Part shown: piece by piece, positions 23,810-32,000 of the stretch
Numbering within the stretch: position 1 is the first letter of the stretch
How the letters are laid out: each line of letters begins with the position of its first letter
Assembly: GCF_000012925.1 (NCBI RefSeq)
Contig: NC_007517.1
Coordinates: 1,200,001 to 1,232,000, forward strand
Direction: 5' to 3'
Length of the DNA: 32,000 bases
DNA from: Geobacter metallireducens GS-15
Lineage (GTDB): Bacteria > Desulfobacterota > Desulfuromonadia > Geobacterales > Geobacteraceae
Position numbers and translations under genes: made by a program
The notes under the pieces: model-generated
Database searches by the model: none
Told to the model about the DNA's origin: nothing
What the model saw: the letters and a program-made list of their open reading frames with translations, nothing else

Positions 23810-25336
23810 ATGGAAAAACGACCCGTTTCTCAATTGATGCTCAATGGTGCCTGGCTGGTGAAGGCTGCCAACGGTGAGTACCTCGATGTGGAGGTGGGGA
23901 AGGACGGTGCGCCGAAACGGTTCGTGACGGTTCCCGTCAGCCGCGTGCGGCATCTGTTCCGCTTCGCGGCGCCGGATGAATGGGCAAAGGGAAAGCAGTG
24001 CCCGATGCTTGCCGAACCCGTGCCCATGGAACATGCAGGCGCGGTTCGCGGAGTGAAGGGAGCGCCCCTCGCACCGGCGGTGCAGCTTCCGGTCGTGGTT
24101 GCCCATGACGGGTGCATGGGGTTTCGTCTTACCCTTCTGGCGGAAACCGCCCGCGCCATGAGATCACTTACCGTGTCACCCCTCCATGACGCCTCGCGGT
24201 CGGCCAGGGGGCGCGCAATGGCGGTCGAGCTCATGGAGAGCATCGAGGAGAAGCGGCGCTTCTTCGCGATCGACATGAACACGACGACGCTTCTGCAAAC
24301 GTCGAGCACCGTCGGTTTTCCCCAGTTCGAAGGAGAGGCGAAGCGCGCCTTCGACGTCATCGCCCAGCAACTCAGGTTCGATCCCCACGGCGACCGGCTC
24401 GACGAAGCGGCCCTCGATCGGCTGCACCGCCCCAATGATTTTTCCGAATCCGCCTGGCAGCAGGTTTGCGATCAGCTGCGGCTTGAGATTCACTACCGGT
24501 TCCTGTGCAAGTCGCATTTTGAAGCGCTGACGCACTTCGTGCAGAACGTGTTCATCGCCAACAGCGGCGTCGTGGAAACCGTCGGCGGCCTGGTGAAGCT
24601 CGACAAGAACCAGGGAGTCAACCTCCTCATCCAGGGGATGTTCAGCCTGGTGGCCAAGGGGGTGGGAGCGCTGCCGTTTCCCGGCTCCGGGGTCGTATCC
24701 GGTGCCCTCGGCGCCCTGTTCAGCTGGATGCTGCAGGACCAGGGGCCGAACGCTGCCACCCTGGCAGTGGCCCTCGTTAACGCCCGCGACGGTCTCGCTG
24801 ACCTCTTCAACAAACTCATCACCTCCATCCAGAAGATGCAGGGCGCCGTTTATTCCGACTGGGGCAAACTCTCGGAGATGGGAATGGCCCTTGAGCGGGA
24901 GGACGGCTCCCGCTGTTGGCCGGAGGAAGACGGCGACCTGAGACGGGAGGCAAGCCGGCTTATGGAAATTTCCGTCTGGAAGGATCTGGTGAAGATCAAG
25001 TGGCACCACATGACGTCATCGGATGATCCCGCCTTTCTCCCCCGCTATACCGAAGCGGACAAACAGGCCTATGAGAGTAAAAACCGCAACTACTGGGTTG
25101 AATACCGCGCCGGAACGGAGACCAACCTCTTTGGCAAGAAATCGAACGGATTTTACGTGACCTATCACTGGCTCGGATACGGGAACATGTGGGTATGGCA
25201 CCATGAGCCCGATAACGCCATGTGCGACAGGCTCTTCACAAAGCTGAAAGTCACCCGTCAGGAGGTGTTCACGGACACTTCGTGGAATCTTGGCAGGGAA
25301 ACTTTCCTTGTGCAGAATTACCCGGTTCCGATGTAA
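23810..25336 (+). CDS. Hypothetical 508-aa protein with a central glycine-zipper hydrophobic segment
   Basis: ATG at 23810 with SD GGGAGGAAG (the track start at 23720 overlaps the previous gene). No signal peptide. The central segment is LLIQGMFSLVAKGVGALPFPGSGVVSGALGALFSWML...AATLAVALV, and the C-terminal domain is Trp/Tyr-rich. No family recognised. Confidence 0.75.
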   Translation: MEKRPVSQLMLNGAWLVKAANGEYLDVEVGKDGAPKRFVTVPVSRVRHLFRFAAPDEWAKGKQCPMLAEPVPMEHAGAVRGVKGAPLAPAVQLPVVVAHDGCMGFRLTLLAETARAMRSLTVSPLHDASRSARGRAMAVELMESIEEKRRFFAIDMNTTTLLQTSSTVGFPQFEGEAKRAFDVIAQQLRFDPHGDRLDEAALDRLHRPNDFSESAWQQVCDQLRLEIHYRFLCKSHFEALTHFVQNVFIANSGVVETVGGLVKLDKNQGVNLLIQGMFSLVAKGVGALPFPGSGVVSGALGALFSWMLQDQGPNAATLAVALVNARDGLADLFNKLITSIQKMQGAVYSDWGKLSEMGMALEREDGSRCWPEEDGDLRREASRLMEISVWKDLVKIKWHHMTSSDDPAFLPRYTEADKQAYESKNRNYWVEYRAGTETNLFGKKSNGFYVTYHWLGYGNMWVWHHEPDNAMCDRLFTKLKVTRQEVFTDTSWNLGRETFLVQNYPVPM

Positions 25337-25381
25337 GCGGGAACGTTCTTCACATCACGGCTGAGAAAAGGCTTCACAAGC

Positions 25382-25410
25382 TTGACTTAACGCGCTATTT
25401 CGATTAGTTT
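25382..25410 (+). promoter_or_regulatory. Candidate sigma70 promoter for the S1-repeat / greB unit
   Basis: TTGACT (25382-25387), a 17-nt spacer, then TAGTTT (25405-25410), about 55 nt upstream of the ATG at 25466. Confidence 0.5.
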
Positions 25411-25465
25411 GTACTATTCGCAACTTTTTACCAACTGTTGCCATTTCACGACGGAGTCATAGAAC

Positions 25466-26671
25466 ATGGACATGGACGAGAAAGACGTAGTTGAAACCGA
25501 AGAGGAGAGCTTTGCCGAGCTTTTCGAGAAAAGCAATAGCGAGACCCAGCGTCTGCGCCCAGGCTCGAAGGTGGAGGGGAAGATCCTCAAGATAGGCGCC
25601 GAGTGGGTTTTCATCGATATCGGCAAGAAGGGCGAAGGGGTCATGGAGCGCAAGGAGCTCCAGGACGCCGAAGGGAACCTGACCGTTGCCGAGGGTGACA
25701 CCATCACCGCCTGGTTCACGGGGAGCGTGCGCAACGAGATGCGGTTCACCACCAAACTGGGGGCCGGCGCCGCGGCCAATGCCCAGCTTGAGGAAGCCCA
25801 TCGCTCCGGCATTCCCGTGGAAGGGTTCGTCGTCAAGGAGATCAAGGGCGGATTTGAAGTGAGGCTCAGCGGCACCACCCGCGCCTTCTGCCCCTTCTCC
25901 CAGATCTCGCTCCGCCGCGCCGAGAATCCGGCCGAGTTCGTGGGAAAGCACCTCCTCTTCAAGGTCACTGAGTATAGCGAGCGGGGCCGCAACATCGTCC
26001 TTTCCCACCGCCAGATCCTCGAGGAGGAGCAGCGGGTCAAGCGGGAAGCCCTCAAGGAGGTTCTCCTGGAGGGAATGACCGTCACCGGCACCGTGACTCG
26101 TCTTGCCGACTTCGGCGCCTTCGTGGACCTGGGCGGGGTCGATGGCCTCATCCCCGTTTCCGAGGTGGGGTGGACCCGCGTCAAGCACGTCCGCGACGTC
26201 CTTTCCGTGGGCGAGCAGGTGAGCGTGGTCATCAAGAAAATCGACTGGGAAGCCGGCAAGATCTCCCTCAGCCTCAAGGATACCCTGGCCGATCCCTGGA
26301 CCACCGTGGCCGAGCAGTTCCCCGAGGGGTCCTACCACACCGGCACCGTGGCGCGCCTTGCCGCCTTCGGCGCCTTCGTGACCCTCGCCCCTGGCATCGA
26401 CGGGCTGATCCACATCTCCAAGCTCGGCAAGGGGAAGCGGATCAACCACCCCAGCGACGTGCTGAAAGAGGGAGAGACCGTCGAAGTGAAGGTGGACGGT
26501 GTCGATCGTGAAGCCCGCCGCCTTTCCCTGGCCCTTGCCGAGGTGAGCCGTGCCGCCGAAGAGGAGGAGAAGAGCGTCGCCTCCTTCCGCCAGCAGGCCA
26601 CGTCTTCCTCGAAGGAATCCATGGGCTCTTTCGGCGACCTCCTCAAGGCCAAGATCGAAGAGAAGAGGTAA
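25466..26671 (+). CDS. S1 RNA-binding repeat protein (four S1 domains; RpsA-like but shorter than canonical S1)
   Basis: 401 aa with four repeats of the S1 OB-fold pattern, for example GTVTRLADFGAFVDLGGVDGLIPVSE and GTVARLAAFGAFVTLAPGIDGLIHISK. Confidence 0.88.
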   Translation: MDMDEKDVVETEEESFAELFEKSNSETQRLRPGSKVEGKILKIGAEWVFIDIGKKGEGVMERKELQDAEGNLTVAEGDTITAWFTGSVRNEMRFTTKLGAGAAANAQLEEAHRSGIPVEGFVVKEIKGGFEVRLSGTTRAFCPFSQISLRRAENPAEFVGKHLLFKVTEYSERGRNIVLSHRQILEEEQRVKREALKEVLLEGMTVTGTVTRLADFGAFVDLGGVDGLIPVSEVGWTRVKHVRDVLSVGEQVSVVIKKIDWEAGKISLSLKDTLADPWTTVAEQFPEGSYHTGTVARLAAFGAFVTLAPGIDGLIHISKLGKGKRINHPSDVLKEGETVEVKVDGVDREARRLSLALAEVSRAAEEEEKSVASFRQQATSSSKESMGSFGDLLKAKIEEKR

Positions 26672-27157
26672 GTGGCAAAGCAGTCCGACTACATCACCCC
26701 CGAGGGGGCGAAGAAACTCCGCGACGAGCTTGCCTGGCTCTGGAAGGAGGAACGCCCCCGTGTCACCCAGGGCGTTTCCGACGCCGCCGCCGAGGGGGAC
26801 CGTTCGGAAAACGCCGAGTATATCTACGGCAAGAAGCGGCTGCGGGAGATCGACCGCCGCATCCGCTTCCTCACCCAGCGCCTCGACCACCTCACCGTGG
26901 TCGAGGATCCCCCTCCCGCCACTGGCAAGGTCTTTTTCGGCGCCTGGATCAGGCTCGAAACCGAGGAGGGTGACGAGGTGATCTACCGCGTCGTCGGCCC
27001 CGACGAGACCGACGCCTCAAAAGGATTCATCAGCATCGACTCCCCCATGGGGAAAGCGCTTCTCGGCCGGAACGAGGGGGACGAGGTCCCTGTCCGCCGG
27101 CCGGCCGGGGAAGCGGTCTTTACGGTGCTCGAAGTCGCCTACCAGCCACTTTCTTGA
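26672..27157 (+). CDS. greB: Transcription elongation (cleavage) factor GreB
   Basis: GTG start directly after the S1 gene TAA. Near-colinear similarity to E. coli GreB: ITPEGAKKLRDELAWLWKEERP..., GDRSENAEYIYGKKRLREIDRRIRFL, KVFFGAW, ISIDSPMGKALLG. Confidence 0.92.
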   Translation: MAKQSDYITPEGAKKLRDELAWLWKEERPRVTQGVSDAAAEGDRSENAEYIYGKKRLREIDRRIRFLTQRLDHLTVVEDPPPATGKVFFGAWIRLETEEGDEVIYRVVGPDETDASKGFISIDSPMGKALLGRNEGDEVPVRRPAGEAVFTVLEVAYQPLS

Positions 27158-27240
27158 AGAATTCAGAAACCAGGAGTCAGAATTCAGAATGGGTAAACCG
27201 CCTGGCTTCTGAATCCTGAATTCTGACTCCTGACTCCTGG
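27157..27240. repeat. Inverted-repeat element built from GAATTCAGA / TCCTGAC subunits
   Basis: Perfect 16-bp arms CAGGAGTCAGAATTCA (27171-27186) and TGAATTCTGACTCCTG (27217-27232). Additional TTCAGAA/TTCTGAA pairing and a tandem TCCTGAC-TCCTGG. Three GAATTC sites. Located between the greB stop and the next gene's SD. Confidence 0.6.
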
Positions 27241-27266
27241 ATTCTTAAACTCAGGAGGTTCTCCCC

Positions 27267-28340
27267 ATGTACGTCGTCATCCTCGCCGGCGGCTCCGGCA
27301 CCCGTTTCTGGCCCCTGTCCCGCAAACTCCATCCCAAGCAACTCATGTCGGTCTTCGGCGGCAAGTCGATGCTCCAGCGAACCGCGGAACGGGTTCTCCC
27401 CCTTAACCCCAAGCGAATACTCGTGATCACCAACCACCTCCAGGCCGAGGAAACCCGGCGCCAGCTGGAGTATCTGCGGGGCGTCCGGATCGAGGTGATC
27501 GAGGAACCCCTGGGGCGCAACACGGCCCCCGCCATCTGCCTCGCCGCCACCCTCATTGCCCGCCACGACCCCGAAGCGGTGATGGCGGTGCTCCCCGCTG
27601 ACCATTTCATCCGTGACGAGGATGCATTCTGTGCCACCATCCAGAAGGGGAGGGAGGCGGCCCTGAACGGCTACCTGGTCACCCTGGGAATCACCCCTGA
27701 CCGCCCCGAGACCGGTTACGGCTACATCGAGGCCGAGACATCGCTGCGGGGTGACGGGCCCTACCCGGTAAAGAGGTTCGTGGAAAAGCCCGACCGCGAG
27801 AGGGCCCTGGAGTTCCTTGCCGCCGGCACCTTCTTCTGGAACAGCGGCATGTTCCTCTGGCGTGCCGACGTGATCCTTGGCCAGATGGCAGCCCATATGC
27901 CGGAACTGGCTCAGGCCTTTGCCGGCATCACCTTTTCCCCCGACATCTGGGAACCGGCCGACCTGGCCCCCCAGATCGAGGCGGTTTACGCCATGGTCAA
28001 AGGGGAGTCCATCGACTATGGCGTCATGGAGAAGGCCGATAGTGTGGCCATGATCCCGGCTTCCTTCGGGTGGAGCGACGTGGGGAGCTGGAGCGCGCTC
28101 CCCGAGGTGATGGAGCCCGACGCGGCCGGCAACGTGGTCATCGGCGCGCCGGAAACGGTCATTGCCGATGCCGCCGGCTGCATCCTCCGTGGCGAGAAGC
28201 TCATGGCACTGGTCGGGGTTCGGGATCTCGTGGTGGTCGATACCCCCGACGCCCTCCTGGTCTGCGCCAAGGACAGGGCCCAGGACGTGAAGAAAGTGGT
28301 GGAGGAGCTGGAGCGGCGCGGCCTGAGGCGCTGCCTCTGA
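27267..28340 (+). CDS. Mannose-1-phosphate guanylyltransferase (nucleotidyltransferase domain only)
   Basis: MYVVILAGGSGTRFWPLSR...PKQ, EEPLGRNTAPAI, GYGYIE, FVEKPD, FFWNSGMFLW. 357 aa with SD AGGAGG. Confidence 0.9.
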   Translation: MYVVILAGGSGTRFWPLSRKLHPKQLMSVFGGKSMLQRTAERVLPLNPKRILVITNHLQAEETRRQLEYLRGVRIEVIEEPLGRNTAPAICLAATLIARHDPEAVMAVLPADHFIRDEDAFCATIQKGREAALNGYLVTLGITPDRPETGYGYIEAETSLRGDGPYPVKRFVEKPDRERALEFLAAGTFFWNSGMFLWRADVILGQMAAHMPELAQAFAGITFSPDIWEPADLAPQIEAVYAMVKGESIDYGVMEKADSVAMIPASFGWSDVGSWSALPEVMEPDAAGNVVIGAPETVIADAAGCILRGEKLMALVGVRDLVVVDTPDALLVCAKDRAQDVKKVVEELERRGLRRCL

Positions 28341-30358
28341 TGAGTTACGAAGTCCTCAAAGATCTGGAGATCCTGTTCGGCCTGGCCGTGTTCACGGTGG
28401 TGCTCCTGCGCCGGTTCATGCTCCCCTCCATCATTGGCTTTCTCGCCACCGGCATCCTGGCCGGCCCCTACGCCCTCGGGCTCATCGAGGACACCCATCA
28501 GGTGGAGCAGATGGCCGAGATCGGGGTGGTGCTCCTTCTCTTCACCATCGGCATCGAGTTCTCCCTCAAGGAGCTGATGCGGATCAAGCATCTGGTCTTC
28601 TGGGGGGGCGGGATGCAGGTGGGGGTCACCATCCTCATCGTGGCCGCCCTGGCCGTCGCCTTCGGTTCGACGCTCCCCCAGGCCACCTTCTACGGCTTCC
28701 TGGTGGCCCTCTCCAGCACCGCCATTCTCATGAAGCTCCTCATGGACAGCGGGGAGATGGACACCCCCCACGGCAAGATGGCCCTGGGCATCTTGATCTT
28801 TCAGGACCTCTGCGTGGTGCCGCTCATGCTCTTCACCCCCTTCCTGGCTGGGGCCGGCAATGGCTGGACGGGAATTCTCCTCGTGTCGGCCAAGGCGGTG
28901 GCCGTGGTGGTGATCGCCCACTTCGGCTCCCGGTTCGCGGTCCCCTGGCTCTTCGAGCAGGTGGTCAAGAGCCGCAGCCGCGAACTTTTCATCCTGACCA
29001 TCATCTTCATCGGCTTCGGCACTGCCTGGCTTACGGCACAGGTGGGACTCTCCCTTGCCCTCGGGGCATTCATTGCCGGCCTCGCCATCTCCGAATCGGA
29101 GTACAGCCACCAGGCCTTGGGGGACATCATCCCGTTCCGCGACGCCTTCATGAGCCTCTTCTTCATCTCTGTCGGGATGCTCCTGGATCCCTCGGTCATC
29201 CTGAAGCAGCCGCTCCTGGTGGGCTCTCTCGTTGTAATCATCCTGGTGGTCAAGTTCCTGGTCACAGGTGGAGCTGCCGTGGCCCTGGGAGTTCCTGCCC
29301 GCGTCGGCATCGTTACGGGGCTTGCCCTGGCCCAGATCGGCGAATTCTCTTTTATCCTCTGCCAGACAGGTGTGCAGCACGGCCTGCTCTCCAAGGAGCA
29401 CTATCAGGTCTTTCTGGCTGCTTCAGTGGCCACCATGGCCCTCACCCCGCTCTGTCTGAAGATCGGCGCCCCGGTTGCCGCATGGCTGGTGCGGATTCTG
29501 CCGGCTCCACTGACGCGGGGAAGGGGAGTCCTGCGCGGGAAGGAGAAGAAGGTCACTCTTTCGGACCATGTGATCGTGGTCGGCTTCGGGGTCAACGGCA
29601 AGAACCTTTCCCGGGTGCTGAAGGCACAAAAAATTCGCCATGTTATCATCGAGACCAACCCCTTTACGGTATCCGCCGAGAAGAGCAAGGGGACTCGCAT
29701 CATGTTCGGCGACGCCTCGCGGCCCGAGGTCCTGACCCATGCCGCCGTGGAGCATGCCCGCATCATCGTCATCGCCATTTCCGACGCCGCCGCCAGCCGC
29801 CGGGTCGTGGCCCAGGCGCGGCAGATGAGCCCGACGATCCACATCATCGTTCGCACCCGTTATATCCTTGAAATGGAGCCCTTGTACAAAATAGGGGCCA
29901 ATGAGGTGATCCCCGAGGAGTTCGAAACCTCCATCGAGATTTTCTCGCGGGTCCTGCGCAATTTCCTCGTCCCCCACGACCAGATCGACCACTGCGTTGC
30001 CGAGATCCGGCGGGATTCCTACGACATGTTCCGCACCATGAGCCGTCGCCACAGCCACGCCGTCGGCATCGCCGGCTACCTGACCGGCGCCGAGATCGGG
30101 AGCTTCCGGGTCAAGAAGGGGGCGCCCCTGGAGGGTGAGAGCCTCCGCCAGGGCACGCTGCGGAGCCGCTCGGGAGCAACACTCCTGGTCATCAAGCGGG
30201 GTGACGAAGTGACTCCCAACCCCGATCCGGTCTGGGTGTTGCAGGAGGGTGACATCGTGCTGCTTCTCGGCACGCCGGAACAGTTGGCTGCCGCAGCGCG
30301 GCTCTTCGAGGCGCCGACGGTACCCTCGAAGGGGACAGCGGTTTTGGGCGCCCACTGA
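28340..30358 (+). CDS. Kef-type (CPA2) monovalent cation:proton antiporter with C-terminal RCK (TrkA-N / TrkA-C) domains
   Basis: The ATG overlaps the upstream TGA (TGATG at 28338-28342). 672 aa with about 12 TM segments, then a Rossmann-like VIVVGFGVNGKN and a TrkA-C-like tail. The track start at 28070 (an Arg/Gly-rich extension inside the previous gene) is rejected. Confidence 0.9.
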   Translation: MSYEVLKDLEILFGLAVFTVVLLRRFMLPSIIGFLATGILAGPYALGLIEDTHQVEQMAEIGVVLLLFTIGIEFSLKELMRIKHLVFWGGGMQVGVTILIVAALAVAFGSTLPQATFYGFLVALSSTAILMKLLMDSGEMDTPHGKMALGILIFQDLCVVPLMLFTPFLAGAGNGWTGILLVSAKAVAVVVIAHFGSRFAVPWLFEQVVKSRSRELFILTIIFIGFGTAWLTAQVGLSLALGAFIAGLAISESEYSHQALGDIIPFRDAFMSLFFISVGMLLDPSVILKQPLLVGSLVVIILVVKFLVTGGAAVALGVPARVGIVTGLALAQIGEFSFILCQTGVQHGLLSKEHYQVFLAASVATMALTPLCLKIGAPVAAWLVRILPAPLTRGRGVLRGKEKKVTLSDHVIVVGFGVNGKNLSRVLKAQKIRHVIIETNPFTVSAEKSKGTRIMFGDASRPEVLTHAAVEHARIIVIAISDAAASRRVVAQARQMSPTIHIIVRTRYILEMEPLYKIGANEVIPEEFETSIEIFSRVLRNFLVPHDQIDHCVAEIRRDSYDMFRTMSRRHSHAVGIAGYLTGAEIGSFRVKKGAPLEGESLRQGTLRSRSGATLLVIKRGDEVTPNPDPVWVLQEGDIVLLLGTPEQLAAAARLFEAPTVPSKGTAVLGAH

Positions 30359-30384
30359 CACACCACAATCAACAGGAGGAAACC

Positions 30385-30855
30385 ATGAAGAAAGTTCTCG
30401 TAACCTACTACTCCCGCAGCGGCAACACCGAGAAGATGGCGCGGATGATCGCCGACGGCCTCGCCACGAAGGATGTAGCCGTTGACCTCAGGAAGGTGGA
30501 AGAGGTGGAGCTCGACACGCTCCCCTCCTACGACGGCTTCATCGTCGGTTCCCCCAACTACTTCGGCACCATGGCGTGGCCGGTGAAGAAGTTCGTGGAC
30601 GAGAGCGTCAAGTACTTCAAGAAGCTCGACGGCAAGGCGGCGGCCGCCTTCACCTCCGAGGGGATGATCGGGGGGGGCGGCGACACGGTGGTCCTCGATA
30701 TCCTCAAGGCATTCCTGATCCACGGTTGCGTCGTCCAGGGGCTCACCTCGGCCGGCCACTACGGTCCCGTGGCCGTTGGGGCTCCCGACGGGCGGATCGC
30801 CGACGAGGTCGGTGTACTGGTGGACAAATTCGCGGCGCTCGTGAAAAGGATCTGA
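30385..30855 (+). CDS. Flavodoxin-like fold protein (WrbA / NAD(P)H-quinone oxidoreductase-like)
   Basis: MKKVLVTYYSRSGNTEKMA is the flavodoxin FMN-loop signature; also GFIVGSPNYFGTMAWPVKKF. 156 aa with SD AGGAGGA. Confidence 0.85.
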   Translation: MKKVLVTYYSRSGNTEKMARMIADGLATKDVAVDLRKVEEVELDTLPSYDGFIVGSPNYFGTMAWPVKKFVDESVKYFKKLDGKAAAAFTSEGMIGGGGDTVVLDILKAFLIHGCVVQGLTSAGHYGPVAVGAPDGRIADEVGVLVDKFAALVKRI

Positions 30856-31463
30856 TGACCGCCGGGGGGCTCCATAACGGCAGCGGGGGGATGGAATCCG
30901 CCCGTCACTGCCGGGAGCTGGTCGAGCGGTGGCTCGCTGACGGGAGCTTCGATGCGCGGCTCCCTGAAGTGGTCCGACTGCGCGGCGTTCTCCAGCCCGA
31001 GCAGTACCATGCCGAGGGGGACGCCTGGACCCACACCATGCTCGCCATGGAAGCCGTCCCTGACGACGCCGACCCCCGCGTCTTCTGGGGGGTGCTCCTC
31101 CACGATATCGGAAAGGCCGAAACCACCGCCTTCATCAAGGGACGGTGGCGCTCCTGGGGGCATGCGGAAGCCGGGGCCGGGGAGGTGTCTGCCATCATGA
31201 CGCGGCTCGGCTTCCCGCACCTTGCTGCCGACGTGACGTGGCTCGTCAAGCATCACACCTTCCACTTCTCTTGGAACCTGACCCCCGGCGCACGGCTTTC
31301 GCCCAAGCAGCGCCGGTTCATGGAGCACCCCCTCTTTCCGCTCCTTCTGGAGGTCTGCGACGCCGACGCCGCCGGCTCCCGGGGAGGGAGCGACAAGGGG
31401 GTGAAGATCGGGCAGCTGGCCGACATGTACGCCGACGTCACCAAAGGTTGGGCGGATTCGTGA
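30855..31463 (+). CDS. HD-domain phosphohydrolase-family protein
   Basis: The ATG overlaps the upstream TGA (30853-30857). HAEGDAWTHT...LLHDIGK...GHAEAGA...KHH is an HD-domain metal-ligand pattern similar to the C-terminal HD region of CCA-adding-type enzymes. 202 aa. Confidence 0.8.
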   Translation: MTAGGLHNGSGGMESARHCRELVERWLADGSFDARLPEVVRLRGVLQPEQYHAEGDAWTHTMLAMEAVPDDADPRVFWGVLLHDIGKAETTAFIKGRWRSWGHAEAGAGEVSAIMTRLGFPHLAADVTWLVKHHTFHFSWNLTPGARLSPKQRRFMEHPLFPLLLEVCDADAAGSRGGSDKGVKIGQLADMYADVTKGWADS

Positions 31464-31474
31464 GGGGGTAGTTC

Positions 31475-31813
31475 ATGAACGGGAAAACAGGGTTCATCGG
31501 CATCATCCTTTTGGCGCTGGTTCCGTGGAATGCTGGCGCCACCGAGACCGGCACCATGATCTGCAGAGGGGGGATCGTTTCCATCGGCGACGCCATCCCC
31601 GAGGTGCTGCAGAAGTGCGGCCCCCCCGCTTTCTCTTCCCAGCGGGAGCAGGTGGAAGTCGGCGGCAGCGTAAAGCCCGGCGTCAGCCGCACCTACACGA
31701 AAGTTTCGGTGGACGACTGGACCTATAACTTTGGACCCAACGAGTTCATGTACCGGGTTATCTTCGAGAATGGCAAAGTAGCGCAGATCGAGAGCCTGGA
31801 ATGGGGATACTGA
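31475..31813 (+). CDS. Small secreted protein, DUF2845-like
   Basis: 112 aa with signal peptide GFIGIILLALVPWNAGA and two Cys (C..GG.V.IGD...EVLQKCGPP), as I recall for DUF2845. The family assignment comes from memory only. Confidence 0.65.
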   Translation: MNGKTGFIGIILLALVPWNAGATETGTMICRGGIVSIGDAIPEVLQKCGPPAFSSQREQVEVGGSVKPGVSRTYTKVSVDDWTYNFGPNEFMYRVIFENGKVAQIESLEWGY

Positions 31814-31881
31814 CGAAGTAAAGTAAACAGAGTTGTTTTTGCCGGAGCCCGTGGTTTACTTCTGAAGAGGAGGTAAGACCC

Positions 31882-32000
31882 ATGGGACGCACCAGCCGCT
31901 TTACCCTCCAATCATCGGAAATCACCCCCGAGAGCATCTCTCAGACCCCCTCTACTCCTACAGAATTGACATCCGATCCCCGTTTCCAGGCGGTGGAACG
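31882..32000 (+). CDS. Hypothetical protein, first 39 codons only (continues past the window)
   Basis: ATG with a strong SD GAGGAGGT 7 nt upstream, open to the window end (MGRTSRFTLQSSEITPESISQTPSTPTELTSDPRFQAVE). Too short to assign. Confidence 0.45.
   Translation, partial: MGRTSRFTLQSSEITPESISQTPSTPTELTSDPRFQAVE

Noticed and set aside
25457-26890. 477-aa minus-strand ORF
   Set aside because: It is antisense to the S1-repeat gene and the start of greB, both with strong family signatures. Its composition is a typical GC-rich antisense artefact.
28016-29401. 461-aa minus-strand ORF rich in His/Glu/Asp/Gly
   Set aside because: It is antisense to the Kef-type antiporter membrane domain. It is highly charged and low-complexity, with no SD.
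1-32000. Search for CRISPR arrays, tRNA/rRNA genes, transposases, integrases and prophage or defence-island signatures
   Set aside because: No regularly spaced direct repeats occur apart from the two riboswitch units. There are no T-loop or anticodon-arm-like structures in the larger intergenic gaps, and no ORF shows DDE, tyrosine- or serine-recombinase motifs. Nothing supports such calls.

Overview
High-GC (~60%) bacterial chromosomal segment. Several c-type cytochromes, GEMM-I riboswitches, repeated GG-N10-GC sigma54-type promoters and strong GGAGG Shine-Dalgarno sites suggest a Geobacter-like Desulfuromonadales genome; this is inference, and no database search was possible. I support about 33 CDSs.
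- 1-8.6 kb (minus strand): a Cache/4xPAS histidine kinase and an NtrC-type sigma54 activator, then a sigma54 promoter driving STAS-CheA-CheW-MCP. This chemosensory module has no CheY, CheB or CheR in the window.
- 8.6-11.3 kb: a LysR regulator divergent from a YedF-like carrier and a secreted transglutaminase-like protein.
- 11.3-12.8 kb: two monohaem cytochromes c. The downstream one has a pilin-like N-terminus and is preceded by two near-identical tandem GEMM-I riboswitches, each with its own terminator. This is the most striking non-coding structure in the window.
- 12.8-23.5 kb: NhaA, a trehalose-phosphatase-like HAD protein with degenerate catalytic motifs, PPK2, a secreted coiled-coil protein, a dihaem peroxidase, a ferritin-like protein, a small sigma54-driven membrane protein beside an anomalously AT-rich island, a TauE/SafE exporter and alanine dehydrogenase.
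- 23.5-25.3 kb: an orphan gene pair (77 aa plus 508 aa with a glycine-zipper hydrophobic segment) with no domain I can recognise. It is the best candidate here for an undescribed protein function.
- 25.4-32 kb: an S1-repeat protein and GreB, then a ManC-like / Kef-type antiporter / flavodoxin-like / HD-domain / DUF2845-like gene string.
I saw no rRNA, tRNA, CRISPR array, transposase or integrase. Many long ORFs in the track are antisense or out-of-frame artefacts of GC-rich DNA, and several real genes start well inside the listed ORF. All family calls come from motif recognition by eye.
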